From: Candidatus Kerfeldbacteria bacterium
GTDB taxonomy: Bacteria > Patescibacteriota > Patescibacteriia > UBA10025 > JAHIVO01
Direction: 5' to 3'
Assembly (NCBI GenBank): GCA_047946875.1
Contig: CP181398.1
Coordinates: forward strand, 969,041-1,033,040
Length of the DNA: 64,000 nucleotides
How positions within the stretch are numbered: position 1 is the first letter of the stretch; the number at the start of each line of letters is the position of its first letter. The notes under the pieces were generated by a model. It was not told where the DNA came from. It did not search any database and was given only the letters and a program-made list of their open reading frames with translations. Position numbers and translations under genes: made by a program. Shown here piece after piece: positions 18,577-27,190 of this stretch.

Positions 18577-19932
18577 TTATCGTTTGCGAGTTAAGGCTCT
18601 GTGAGATGTTATTTTATCTCCTTTGCCACGCTTATGCTTAACGACAAACGTCTCGCCTTCTTGGAGCTCTATACCAAACTCTTCGAATGCTAACAATCTT
18701 GCAGCAGGCGAAGCTTTATGCCCTTCAGGAAGTCTCCGAATATGTTCAGTAACTTCATGACGTCGCTTAATACTCATACGTCGTTCTGTTTCCTGAACAC
18801 CCTCTTCTACCTCCCGGGAGAGCATATCATTTATTCTAGACATATTGTCCAATGAACGAATTCTTGGAACAACAAGATCAGAAATCGATGATAGCTTTTT
18901 TCTCGTTACTACATTTATTGCACGTTCCGACCAAGTTGGTTTTGGTCCAGTTATCGAAGGAATTGTAGCAACAACTTCAATAGGTGCAATGAGATCATAC
19001 AGACAGAACATCAATTGCATTCGTAACGCATGATATTCTAGTTCACGTCCTTCTTGTTCAAAAATACGACGTACTAGACTTTGATCAAAACCGGCGGTTA
19101 AATCTAAGTTACCCTGCCAGTTCATGCTCCAAACAAATTTCCCATCAAATGGTAATTTAACCCAGTTAACTTCAGTGGAACCAACACCGGTTTCATGATG
19201 ATATTGTGGGCGAAGATCTATCAACCCTCTTTTCCCAGCTAATGCAATCTGAGCGACATAGTTGTCAGATGTAGCTGGGCCACCAGGAAAAGTTTTGCCC
19301 ATGAAATCTCTGTACCCCCAGAAAACCCAGGCATCATTTGGTGATGTCATTTTTTGAAGCTCAAAAAATGAAGGCTTCACACCATATTTACGAATTTCTC
19401 GAAGCTTCTCCATCATCTCGATCATATATCGATCGATCTCGGTAATGGAAGATTCAATAGTATCACGTAAATGTAAGCCGGCGGGGATCTTCAGACCATT
19501 AACATACGAACGGGTTTGTCTAGTCTGTTCGATGGCTTGTTTTAGAATCAATAATTTCGGATAAAACCAAACCGTCCGCTTATCTTCACTATCTTTAATT
19601 TCTCCGATGGTTGTTTTGAGTTGTTTCTCAGCTTTATCTGCTTCAGTTATATCCAAAGCAAACTGATAAGCAAGGGCTCGAATGATAGGATTACTCATCA
19701 CTGTAGTAGCTTTGAACCCAATTGCTTTGATTTTTGCTTGGTCAATACTATAACAAAGTCCAAGAAAAGTTTGCAATGAATCATCAAAATTTTTACCAAA
19801 CATGAAGCGTTTATAAATCGATTCAGATAAGGTTAAAATTTTATCAACTGATGCTCTGGTTCTAACAATTATGCCAACTTGACTCTCAAACTGCTTAAAC
19901 CCTGCAATCTCTCGGATATACATCTCAGGCAT
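18577..19932 (-). CDS. Hypothetical protein (451 aa), basic C-terminus, no recognisable family
   Basis: Long ORF with balanced, non-low-complexity composition. Ends ...VKHKRGKGDKITSHRALTRKR. Elevated GC. A hairpin (cccctaatcatactataatgactaggggg) lies just downstream of the stop. Confidence 0.55.
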   Translation of the reverse strand: MPEMYIREIAGFKQFESQVGIIVRTRASVDKILTLSESIYKRFMFGKNFDDSLQTFLGLCYSIDQAKIKAIGFKATTVMSNPIIRALAYQFALDITEADKAEKQLKTTIGEIKDSEDKRTVWFYPKLLILKQAIEQTRQTRSYVNGLKIPAGLHLRDTIESSITEIDRYMIEMMEKLREIRKYGVKPSFFELQKMTSPNDAWVFWGYRDFMGKTFPGGPATSDNYVAQIALAGKRGLIDLRPQYHHETGVGSTEVNWVKLPFDGKFVWSMNWQGNLDLTAGFDQSLVRRIFEQEGRELEYHALRMQLMFCLYDLIAPIEVVATIPSITGPKPTWSERAINVVTRKKLSSISDLVVPRIRSLDNMSRINDMLSREVEEGVQETERRMSIKRRHEVTEHIRRLPEGHKASPAARLLAFEEFGIELQEGETFVVKHKRGKGDKITSHRALTRKR

Positions 19933-20037
19933 CTAAAAACCTCCTTGTTTTTTAATATACAATTTTTATTTTTCATTAGACATTAGCAAAAAGAAAGTAT
20001 TTTGTCAAGCCCTAGGAAGAAATAAAATATATAAATT

Positions 20038-20077
20038 AAAAACCCCATTTCATATGATCTGGGGTTTTGTTTTTTTG
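20038..20077. terminator. Bidirectional intrinsic terminator downstream of the 20082..20636 gene
   Basis: aAACCCCAtttcatatgatcTGGGGTTttgttttttt, with A-rich sequence on the other side. Confidence 0.65.
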
Positions 20078-20081
20078 TCTA

Positions 20082-20636
20082 TTATTTTGGATTGGCGGCT
20101 ACCCATACTTTCCATAGGGGGGCAAAGTACGGATTGGAGCTTATCGAAACATATTCTTTTGCTTGCTCCAGAGTGATCCAATCAAAATATACTGCCAATA
20201 CAAGGCACAGAGCCTCATCAGCCAATTCCGGAAGTCCAGAGAATGATACGGCAAATTCCCCGCACCATACGGCACCACCGAATTGATTGGAACTTTCGTT
20301 ACGTGATTGCCATGATAATACATGACCTTGTTGAGCCATTAGGATAAGTCGCTTGGCTTTTTCCTGCGAACACCATAGAAATTTACGGGCCCGGGTTGTG
20401 TGAATAGAATCAGAAGTTATAACGTGTAAGATTGTACCAATACGACAACACAGTAGTAATTCTTCTGATGATTTTAGGCGAATGGTGAGATATCCACCTT
20501 TACGAATCTCTTGGAATTCCGGAAAACCGTTCAGTAACTGCATAACCTCCTCTGCCGCAGATAGAATTACAGGTAATGCAAAGTTTGTACTTTGGCTGAC
20601 ATCGGTTTTCGTGAAATCAACGTTTACGTCTGTCAT
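20082..20636 (-). CDS. Hypothetical protein (184 aa)
   Basis: ORF with elevated GC (about 42%). Cys/Trp/His content is unusual for this genome. No recognisable motif. Confidence 0.5.
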   Translation of the reverse strand: MTDVNVDFTKTDVSQSTNFALPVILSAAEEVMQLLNGFPEFQEIRKGGYLTIRLKSSEELLLCCRIGTILHVITSDSIHTTRARKFLWCSQEKAKRLILMAQQGHVLSWQSRNESSNQFGGAVWCGEFAVSFSGLPELADEALCLVLAVYFDWITLEQAKEYVSISSNPYFAPLWKVWVAANPK

Positions 20637-20810
20637 ATTTCCTCCATAAAATAGTTAATGAAAAGAACTGTTTTATTTTTTGTAATTAAAGTAGCTTAAC
20701 CACTTTTCGTTTTATTGTCAAGGATATATTGTGACCAAAAAAAGTAAAAATAATAAAATTATTTAATATAAAAATTAAACATTCACATTAATTAATAAAG
20801 AGATAAATAT

Positions 20811-21338
20811 CTAAAATGCATTATATAAAAATAATACTACACCGACTGAACCGACTAATAACAATAAAGTATCAACTATCCCACCTGTTTTAACTCTCAA
20901 TGCCTTAGGTAACAATCCTAAACGTTTTTTAATTGGCCAAAAAAATTCAATTCCTGATTTTGTTAAGGCATCAAGAACTAAATGACTAACATAACCTAGC
21001 ATTATCACTAAGGTAATTACAGAGTAAGTATTAGGAATCGCTGACATTAGGCCGACTGACAACAGTATCAATATTAATAAAGAATGCATTACACCTCGAT
21101 GACGAAATATGGATGAAATAACAAAAGCAATAGGTAAAAATGGTTTGAACCAAATTTTAGTTCCTCCGATATATCCACCTACTTTCAAATTTTTAATTTT
21201 TGATTCCGAAGCATCCAAATCTGGTAACAAGGCAGCCAAAGCACCAACAGCTACAAGCCAAGGATCAACCACAGTACCAACTAAAAAAGGGATCCAAACT
21301 ACATTGGCTCCGATTATTGCATGTGTCTTACCTTTCAT
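20811..21338 (-). CDS. Membrane-bound metal-dependent hydrolase, YdjM/DUF457-like
   Basis: 175 aa, with 4-5 transmembrane helices. Carries the HRGxxHS motif (FRHRGVMHSLL) and HLVLD, characteristic of the YdjM family. Confidence 0.55.
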   Translation of the reverse strand: MKGKTHAIIGANVVWIPFLVGTVVDPWLVAVGALAALLPDLDASESKIKNLKVGGYIGGTKIWFKPFLPIAFVISSIFRHRGVMHSLLILILLSVGLMSAIPNTYSVITLVIMLGYVSHLVLDALTKSGIEFFWPIKKRLGLLPKALRVKTGGIVDTLLLLVGSVGVVLFLYNAF

Positions 21339-22460
21339 TTATTTTTTTTCTAATGTTATTTCTACTATCTCTGGAAAGTTACCAATCCGCATTGGCGGTC
21401 CCCAAGTACCAACCCCATTAGATGTATATATAGTAAAATCATTATCTGTGTGTAATCCATAATAATAATCACCATAAACTAATTTTGCTATCCAACCAAA
21501 TGGCCACATCTGTCCTTTATGTGTATGGCCAGATAACAATAAATCTACTCCCGCTTCTTTAACCATTTTCCATACCTGTTCTTTCGGTTCATGGTATAAA
21601 ACTATACTGGGACGACTATTATCCAGTTTATTCAAAACGGGCTTCAAGTCGTGCTCAGCTCCTGGCATTGGATAATCTATTCCTAATATTTGTAATCCTT
21701 CAATCTCAATCAACTCATCACGCAAAGTTATCGCACTTGTTTCACTTACTGCTTTTAATGCGGCTTCCAAACCAATATATGTTTCATGATTACCATCAAT
21801 ATAATATGTCCCATGTGTAACCTTGAAATCATTAATTGGCTCTGCAAGATGATTTAGTTTTTGACCTGCTCCATCAAATAAATCTCCGGTCAGAAAAATA
21901 ATATCAGGATTTAATTCATTAACCTGCTTAACCAACTTATTCATGAATCCTCTATGATAGATAGTTCCTAAATGAATATCTGAAAGTTGAATAATTTTCT
22001 TTCCCTGCCAATAATCTGGCAAGTCTCTTATACTGACATTTATGCTTTTAACTCTTGGGTGAAAAGCATTCCATATACCATAGCTAGAATATGCTACTGC
22101 GGCAACCAATAATACAATTGAAATTGCCATTATCGGGAACTTAATATCTGCATATCTACCCAACCAGATAAACCCCCAAGTAGCTGAAACTGACAAAGCT
22201 ATATACCATACCATCCCTAACCAAACTGCAGAAATCAAATATAAATTACTTATAAATGGTGTTTCGTGCCAGTGAACCAACCCCATCCCAACAATAAAAC
22301 TAATAGACATAATTCCAAGAAATATGCCTAATATTTCTTTGACCATCAAACTATTAATACTAAAAAATTTAATAAAAGATATCCAAAGACCAGCATGACC
22401 AGTGACCATCATAACTAAAGATAGTAAAACAAAGATTATTATAAAAAGTTTTATATACAT
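21339..22460 (-). CDS. Membrane-anchored metallophosphoesterase (calcineurin-like phosphoesterase)
   Basis: N-terminal transmembrane helices are followed by the motifs QLSDIHLG, FLTGDLFDG, IDGNHE and LLSGHTHKGQ (the metallophosphatase signature DxH...GDxxD...GNH[DE]...GH.H). Confidence 0.8.
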   Translation of the reverse strand: MYIKLFIIIFVLLSLVMMVTGHAGLWISFIKFFSINSLMVKEILGIFLGIMSISFIVGMGLVHWHETPFISNLYLISAVWLGMVWYIALSVSATWGFIWLGRYADIKFPIMAISIVLLVAAVAYSSYGIWNAFHPRVKSINVSIRDLPDYWQGKKIIQLSDIHLGTIYHRGFMNKLVKQVNELNPDIIFLTGDLFDGAGQKLNHLAEPINDFKVTHGTYYIDGNHETYIGLEAALKAVSETSAITLRDELIEIEGLQILGIDYPMPGAEHDLKPVLNKLDNSRPSIVLYHEPKEQVWKMVKEAGVDLLLSGHTHKGQMWPFGWIAKLVYGDYYYGLHTDNDFTIYTSNGVGTWGPPMRIGNFPEIVEITLEKK

Positions 22461-22511
22461 GGTATATAGTATAATTGTTTCGAAATAAATAGCAAACCAA
22501 CAATTTTTAAC

Positions 22512-23495
22512 TTATTTATTCATGGCTAGCTTGATTTGTTGAGAAAGAAACTCTCCAAAACTTAACCCAATAGCTTTAGCCTCTTTTGGGCAAATACTTT
22601 CTTCTGTGATCCCAGGAATAGTATTAATTTCTAGAAAATAATATACATTGTCCTTCAAAATAAAGTCGGTCCTTGTAAGGCCATCACCACCTATCAATAA
22701 ATGAATTTGTTTTGACAGCTCTTGTACCTTTTTCGTCTGACCTGAAGTTATTTTTGCCGGGCATATCTCATCAACCCAATCATCATCATACTTAGCTTTA
22801 AAATCAAAAAATTTATTTTTGGGGACTATCTCTACTGGCGGTAATATAACTATTTTACCCTTTTCAGAATTTCCTAATACCCCACAAGTTATTTCCCGAC
22901 CATCTATGAACTCTTCTACCAAGACAGTATTATCTTCTTTGAAAGCAAGTTTTAAAGCCTTTGGTAGCTCTTTTAGACTTTCTACTCGACTTATGCCAAG
23001 ACTTGATCCAGATTTATTTGGTTTAACAAAGCATGGATAAGTCAAAACGTTTTTTAATGACTTAACATCTTTAAAACTTTTTTCAATTACTAGTTGTTTC
23101 GGAACAGCAACTCCTGATAATTTAACAAGTTCGCTGGTCTTAATTTTGTCCATTGCCAGAGCACTAGCCAAAACGCCAGAGCCCGTATACGGCAATCCAA
23201 TAATATCTAATAAAGCTTGGATTTTCCCATCCTCTCCAAACTGTCCGTGTAATGCTATAAATGCAACATCGAATTTTTTTAGCTCAGATTTTTTATAACC
23301 AGTTTTTGAATCGTATAATTTTAACGGTTTTTTATTATTATAAAGCCAACGACCATCCTTGGTAATATTAATTAAGATTGATATGTATTTGTCTTCAGGC
23401 AAATTATCATATACCTGCTTCGCCGATTTTATTGATACACTCCTCTCACTTGAAGTACCTCCGCTGATAACGGCTACTTTGATTTTCTTAGACAT
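22512..23495 (-). CDS. ddl: D-alanine--D-alanine ligase
   Basis: 327 aa. Motifs KVAVISGGTSSERSVSIKSA, DVAFIALHGQFGEDGKIQALLDIIGLPYTGSG and an ATP-grasp C-terminal half. Confidence 0.85.
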   Translation of the reverse strand: MSKKIKVAVISGGTSSERSVSIKSAKQVYDNLPEDKYISILINITKDGRWLYNNKKPLKLYDSKTGYKKSELKKFDVAFIALHGQFGEDGKIQALLDIIGLPYTGSGVLASALAMDKIKTSELVKLSGVAVPKQLVIEKSFKDVKSLKNVLTYPCFVKPNKSGSSLGISRVESLKELPKALKLAFKEDNTVLVEEFIDGREITCGVLGNSEKGKIVILPPVEIVPKNKFFDFKAKYDDDWVDEICPAKITSGQTKKVQELSKQIHLLIGGDGLTRTDFILKDNVYYFLEINTIPGITEESICPKEAKAIGLSFGEFLSQQIKLAMNK

Positions 23496-23581
23496 AAATT
23501 AATCCTTTCTTTAATTATTATATATCTAATTCAATAAATAAAAAAGTACTCAAGTTGCCTTAAGTACTTTATCTTTACTTT

Positions 23582-24211
23582 CTAATCGAAATCTCTGTTT
23601 GTATTGACATCCAAAGCGATATCTATCACTTGGTGCTCATTGGGATACTTTTTATAAAGCATCTCTTTTAGATCAGGCGAATCTTTATCAGATCCATCTT
23701 TTATCTTCGTCTTGCGATGGGTGAAGGCATCAACAAAATCACAAATTGATACAATCATTGCAATATCAAGTAGTTTTTTTATTGTTGCCAAGCCCCAGTC
23801 TTTTGGAAAATCTTCGATGGTCAGACCATAGCCTGCATCATACATAGCATGATGAAGACCAGCACAAAGCGCAGTAAATAAATGATGACCCTGAAGAGCA
23901 AGGAGACCATTTAGTGCATGTGTCTTTATTTCAGCATATTCTTCACCAGAAATGTCGTGACCATCAAACAATTCATATGGTAAAACCAATTTACCAATAT
24001 CATGAAGTACTCCAGCAAAAAATGCAGCCTTGCTGTCTTTCTCCAACCTTATTGCCACTCTATCAGATAGCAATGCTACCCTTTCAACGTGACCTTTAAC
24101 TGAACCATGGTTAATAGAGCTAAGAATCAGAAAAAAATTAGCCGTATGCTCCAAGTCACCCTGAGGCTTATACAATTTAATTCCAGTTTGAACTAGTATG
24201 GACGCGTCCAT
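23582..24211 (-). CDS. HD-domain phosphohydrolase
   Basis: H...HD motif: GVLHDIGKLVLPYELF preceded by a conserved His, with downstream LHHAMYD. Confidence 0.6.
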   Translation of the reverse strand: MDASILVQTGIKLYKPQGDLEHTANFFLILSSINHGSVKGHVERVALLSDRVAIRLEKDSKAAFFAGVLHDIGKLVLPYELFDGHDISGEEYAEIKTHALNGLLALQGHHLFTALCAGLHHAMYDAGYGLTIEDFPKDWGLATIKKLLDIAMIVSICDFVDAFTHRKTKIKDGSDKDSPDLKEMLYKKYPNEHQVIDIALDVNTNRDFD

Positions 24212-24330
24212 ATATCGCCTTCCTTCATTTTAAATGTTCTATTTTATTTCATAATAATTTAACACCTAATCTATAATAAGTCAATAAATAAAAAAGGACT
24301 GAAATTAACTTTCAATCCTTTGTAAAATAT

Positions 24331-25179
24331 TTAAGGTACGTAATTAACAGAATCTGCATTGACCATAAACCAATGCGATCCTTTTAAGAAATCGTGACAT
24401 TGAGGACTCGCCACCTTACCATAGTATGGCGCGGTAAACTTTATCACAATTTCAGCATTAGCCGGTACCTCCATAGGACCGACCCAAATCATAAGGCTTT
24501 TCTCACCATAAACTTGAAAAAAGATCTCTTCTCCGTTTACGAATATAGCTGGCTCGACATCACTTGGCTTATTGCCTAATGTTATCCGATCAAAACCCAA
24601 TAGAACTCTCTGAGAGTATGGATTATTTAGATTGACAGTGTCTGCCCACTTCTCCCATTCAAGTTTCCATGGGCTACATTCATAATACACAAGATCATGA
24701 ATTGGAATATACACTGTATCAGTCTCAGTAATAATCTGGATAACTGTATCCGGAGGCAACTCCACAAACGTGGTGTCAAAGATTGTGACTGTATCTGGTG
24801 GAAGTTCCACGAATGTAGTATCAAATATTGTTACTGTATCCGGAGGCAGTTCTATTAATATAGTATCAACACGATCTATATATAGAGTATCAATTCTATC
24901 AACAAAAGTTGTATCATAATGATTCACAATTACCATATGTATTTCTATAATAATTGTTGTATCATAAACATATTCAACAACCGTATCAATTTCTACAACA
25001 ATTGTTGTATCGTAATGATCAAAAACTAAAGTATCAACCTGAACAACAATTGTTGAATCATACTCAACGACTGTGTCCGTATCAACATCTGACCCACTTA
25101 TGTCCATCGGATCAGAACAGTTGATAGATAGTAATAGACTCATTAACCCAAAAAAGCAAAGTAAGATTGGCCGCTTCAT
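24331..25179 (-). CDS. Secreted (possibly lipo-)protein with tandem D/T/V-rich repeats
   Basis: Signal peptide MKRPILLCFFGLMSLLLSINC. Contains 15-aa tandem repeats LPPDTVTIFDTTFVE (three copies) and degenerate (V/I)DT(V/I)VEY-type repeats. Confidence 0.6.
   Translation of the reverse strand: MKRPILLCFFGLMSLLLSINCSDPMDISGSDVDTDTVVEYDSTIVVQVDTLVFDHYDTTIVVEIDTVVEYVYDTTIIIEIHMVIVNHYDTTFVDRIDTLYIDRVDTILIELPPDTVTIFDTTFVELPPDTVTIFDTTFVELPPDTVIQIITETDTVYIPIHDLVYYECSPWKLEWEKWADTVNLNNPYSQRVLLGFDRITLGNKPSDVEPAIFVNGEEIFFQVYGEKSLMIWVGPMEVPANAEIVIKFTAPYYGKVASPQCHDFLKGSHWFMVNADSVNYVP
24740..24880. repeat. About three tandem 45-bp coding repeats inside the 24331..25179 gene
   Basis: actgtatccggaggcaactccacaaacgtggtgtcaaagattgtg, then actgtatctggtggaagttccacgaatgtagtatcaaatattgtt, then actgtatccggaggcagttc... 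Confidence 0.6.
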
Positions 25180-26126
25180 TTTTCACCTCCGAAAAAAAGG
25201 TTATAAGAGACGGAAATCAACCATTGATTTTTTTTGGATACAGCATAATCTCGGTCCATTTCTGCCAACCTTTGCTTATTAGGAAAATATTTTCCTTCAA
25301 GCTCAAAGTTTTCAAAAAATTGAAACCGTATACCCATAGTCAAACCTTCTGACATTAGAGCATACTTATAATGATGCTGCGAAATTTCTTCCAAGCGAAT
25401 CCAACCGGCAGAAAAACCTACCGTCTTTTTTTCAAATGGAAAAATTACTAACTGACCACCAGTAAACCGGGACCAAGTATCATGAGATTTACCAGCTACA
25501 TCCCGACTATCTGACCAAAATGTATGACCGAACAATCCTTCTATATACAGCCATTTTTTATAAACGACCGCACCAGAAACAAACGGAATAATACCAGATG
25601 GAGTGCTGGTAACACCTAGTCCAAGCTTCAGACCAAATTCATCATTATAATAATTATGATGAATCTCTTTTACCTGAATTTGTGGCACCAGATAAACTGT
25701 ATCTGCTTTTGGCATTGGTAATGGCAATTCTCTTCTGACGCGAATACTAGAATAACGATATTCATCACCTTTTACTTTGACATCCGTTGACTGAATAATT
25801 AACTGTGTAGAATCTACACAAAATTTTTCAATCATTAACTGCTTTAACACATGGGCTCTACCCAAGGCTAGGCCAGGATTTTTTGTGTCATTGTTTTTAT
25901 GATATTTATAGCCATCAGCTACACCTGTAATAATGCCATCGGCAGTCGGATTCTGATTAAGAACATCAGCAACTTCTTGCAATTGGCTATAAACAGGTTC
26001 GAAAAAATCATTGCTGACACTACCAGCTACCCCTTTTGGGTATCCAGCAATTACGACTTCCTGCGACCACCCATGTGCGGTCATTAAGAAAATCATTACC
26101 AGCAAATAACAAATAGGTTTCTTCAA
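25176..26126 (-). CDS. Secreted protein with an N-terminal OmpA-like motif and a beta-strand-rich C-terminal half
   Basis: Signal peptide MKKPICYLLVMIFLMTAHGWSQE. NPGLALGRAHVLKQLM resembles the OmpA_C N...LS..RA..V motif. The C-terminal half shows alternating hydrophobic residues. Overlaps the upstream gene by 4 nt. Confidence 0.5.
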   Translation of the reverse strand: MKKPICYLLVMIFLMTAHGWSQEVVIAGYPKGVAGSVSNDFFEPVYSQLQEVADVLNQNPTADGIITGVADGYKYHKNNDTKNPGLALGRAHVLKQLMIEKFCVDSTQLIIQSTDVKVKGDEYRYSSIRVRRELPLPMPKADTVYLVPQIQVKEIHHNYYNDEFGLKLGLGVTSTPSGIIPFVSGAVVYKKWLYIEGLFGHTFWSDSRDVAGKSHDTWSRFTGGQLVIFPFEKKTVGFSAGWIRLEEISQHHYKYALMSEGLTMGIRFQFFENFELEGKYFPNKQRLAEMDRDYAVSKKNQWLISVSYNLFFGGEK

Positions 26127-26426
26127 AACTACTCCTTTGGTTAATTGAATTTATTGTATAAACTATCCTTGTTTTTAAAGTTCTATCCTTTCTCCTATAT
26201 TTTATGTTCATTTTATGAATTAACTATTCTAGTACACGTTATGATATATGTCAAGCTTATTTATACAAAAAAAGAACACCTTATTAAAATGTGAATTTAC
26301 AAAGACAGTCAGGAAAAGTGAAATTAGAATTGGTGTTGGCAAAAATCCGGAACACTTGCTATTATTGGATATTTCGACAAATAAAAAAAGAGTTCTGACA
26401 AAATGACAAAACCCTTATTATTGAAG

Positions 26427-26648
26427 CTACATACTTCGACAAACGTTACCGCAAAAACTGTTACGGAACAATGCTCCGAAATAATACTGGAAACCTTTCC
26501 GAAAACTATTCTCAGAAATAATAGCTGACGGAAACCATCCACCACTTAGGCTAAATAGAAACCAATTGATTTGCTGTGTAGCAAGAGAGATTATCCCTCC
26601 AACAACAGCAACGACTAAGTAGGTCCACAAAAAATAATTCCATTTCAT
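26427..26648 (-). CDS. Small hydrophobic membrane protein (2 TM)
   Basis: 73 aa. Strong RBS: AGGAGG sits 9 nt upstream of ATGaaATG on the minus strand. Two hydrophobic segments. Confidence 0.5.
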   Translation of the reverse strand: MKWNYFLWTYLVVAVVGGIISLATQQINWFLFSLSGGWFPSAIISENSFRKGFQYYFGALFRNSFCGNVCRSM

Positions 26649-26775
26649 AATGAAATTCCTCCTACGATAGTTAAAGAACTACGTTTAGATTATCAATATA
26701 TTCTAAATTCAGCAAATAAAAAAGTCCATTAGATTATTATCTTCCAACGTCCGAGTTATCATCAATTATTTTTAT

Positions 26776-27135
26776 TTACCTTAAAATATTTTCTAAATCT
26801 ATTTGCAATTTACCAACCCAACTATCTAGCTCATCAAATGTCGCGTCACGATTTTTAAATTCATTAAAAATCTTATTAATTTCACTGGGTAACATTTTTT
26901 CTGAATACTCCTTTACCTCTTTAACTTCTTCTGTTTCTAATGCTAAGGCTGTCTCAATCGGCAACTTCATTTCTTCATGCACCCCTAAAACCATTGGCAT
27001 AGATTTGGTAATCTCTACAACCACGGTTGGTTTATTTATTTCTGTACTGTAATACCAAAAAAAACCAGTACTAGAAATACCGACTACTACTATTATGGCA
27101 AGGTATGCTATCTCATTAGACCAACGTTGAATCAT
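26776..27135 (-). CDS. Small membrane-anchored hypothetical protein
   Basis: 119 aa, with the N-terminal transmembrane helix IAYLAIIVVVGISSTGFFWYY. Confidence 0.5.
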   Translation of the reverse strand: MIQRWSNEIAYLAIIVVVGISSTGFFWYYSTEINKPTVVVEITKSMPMVLGVHEEMKLPIETALALETEEVKEVKEYSEKMLPSEINKIFNEFKNRDATFDELDSWVGKLQIDLENILR

Positions 27136-27190
27136 AAATTTATTCCTTAATACAACATTATATCCATTTACCCTACTTTGTCAATGAAAG

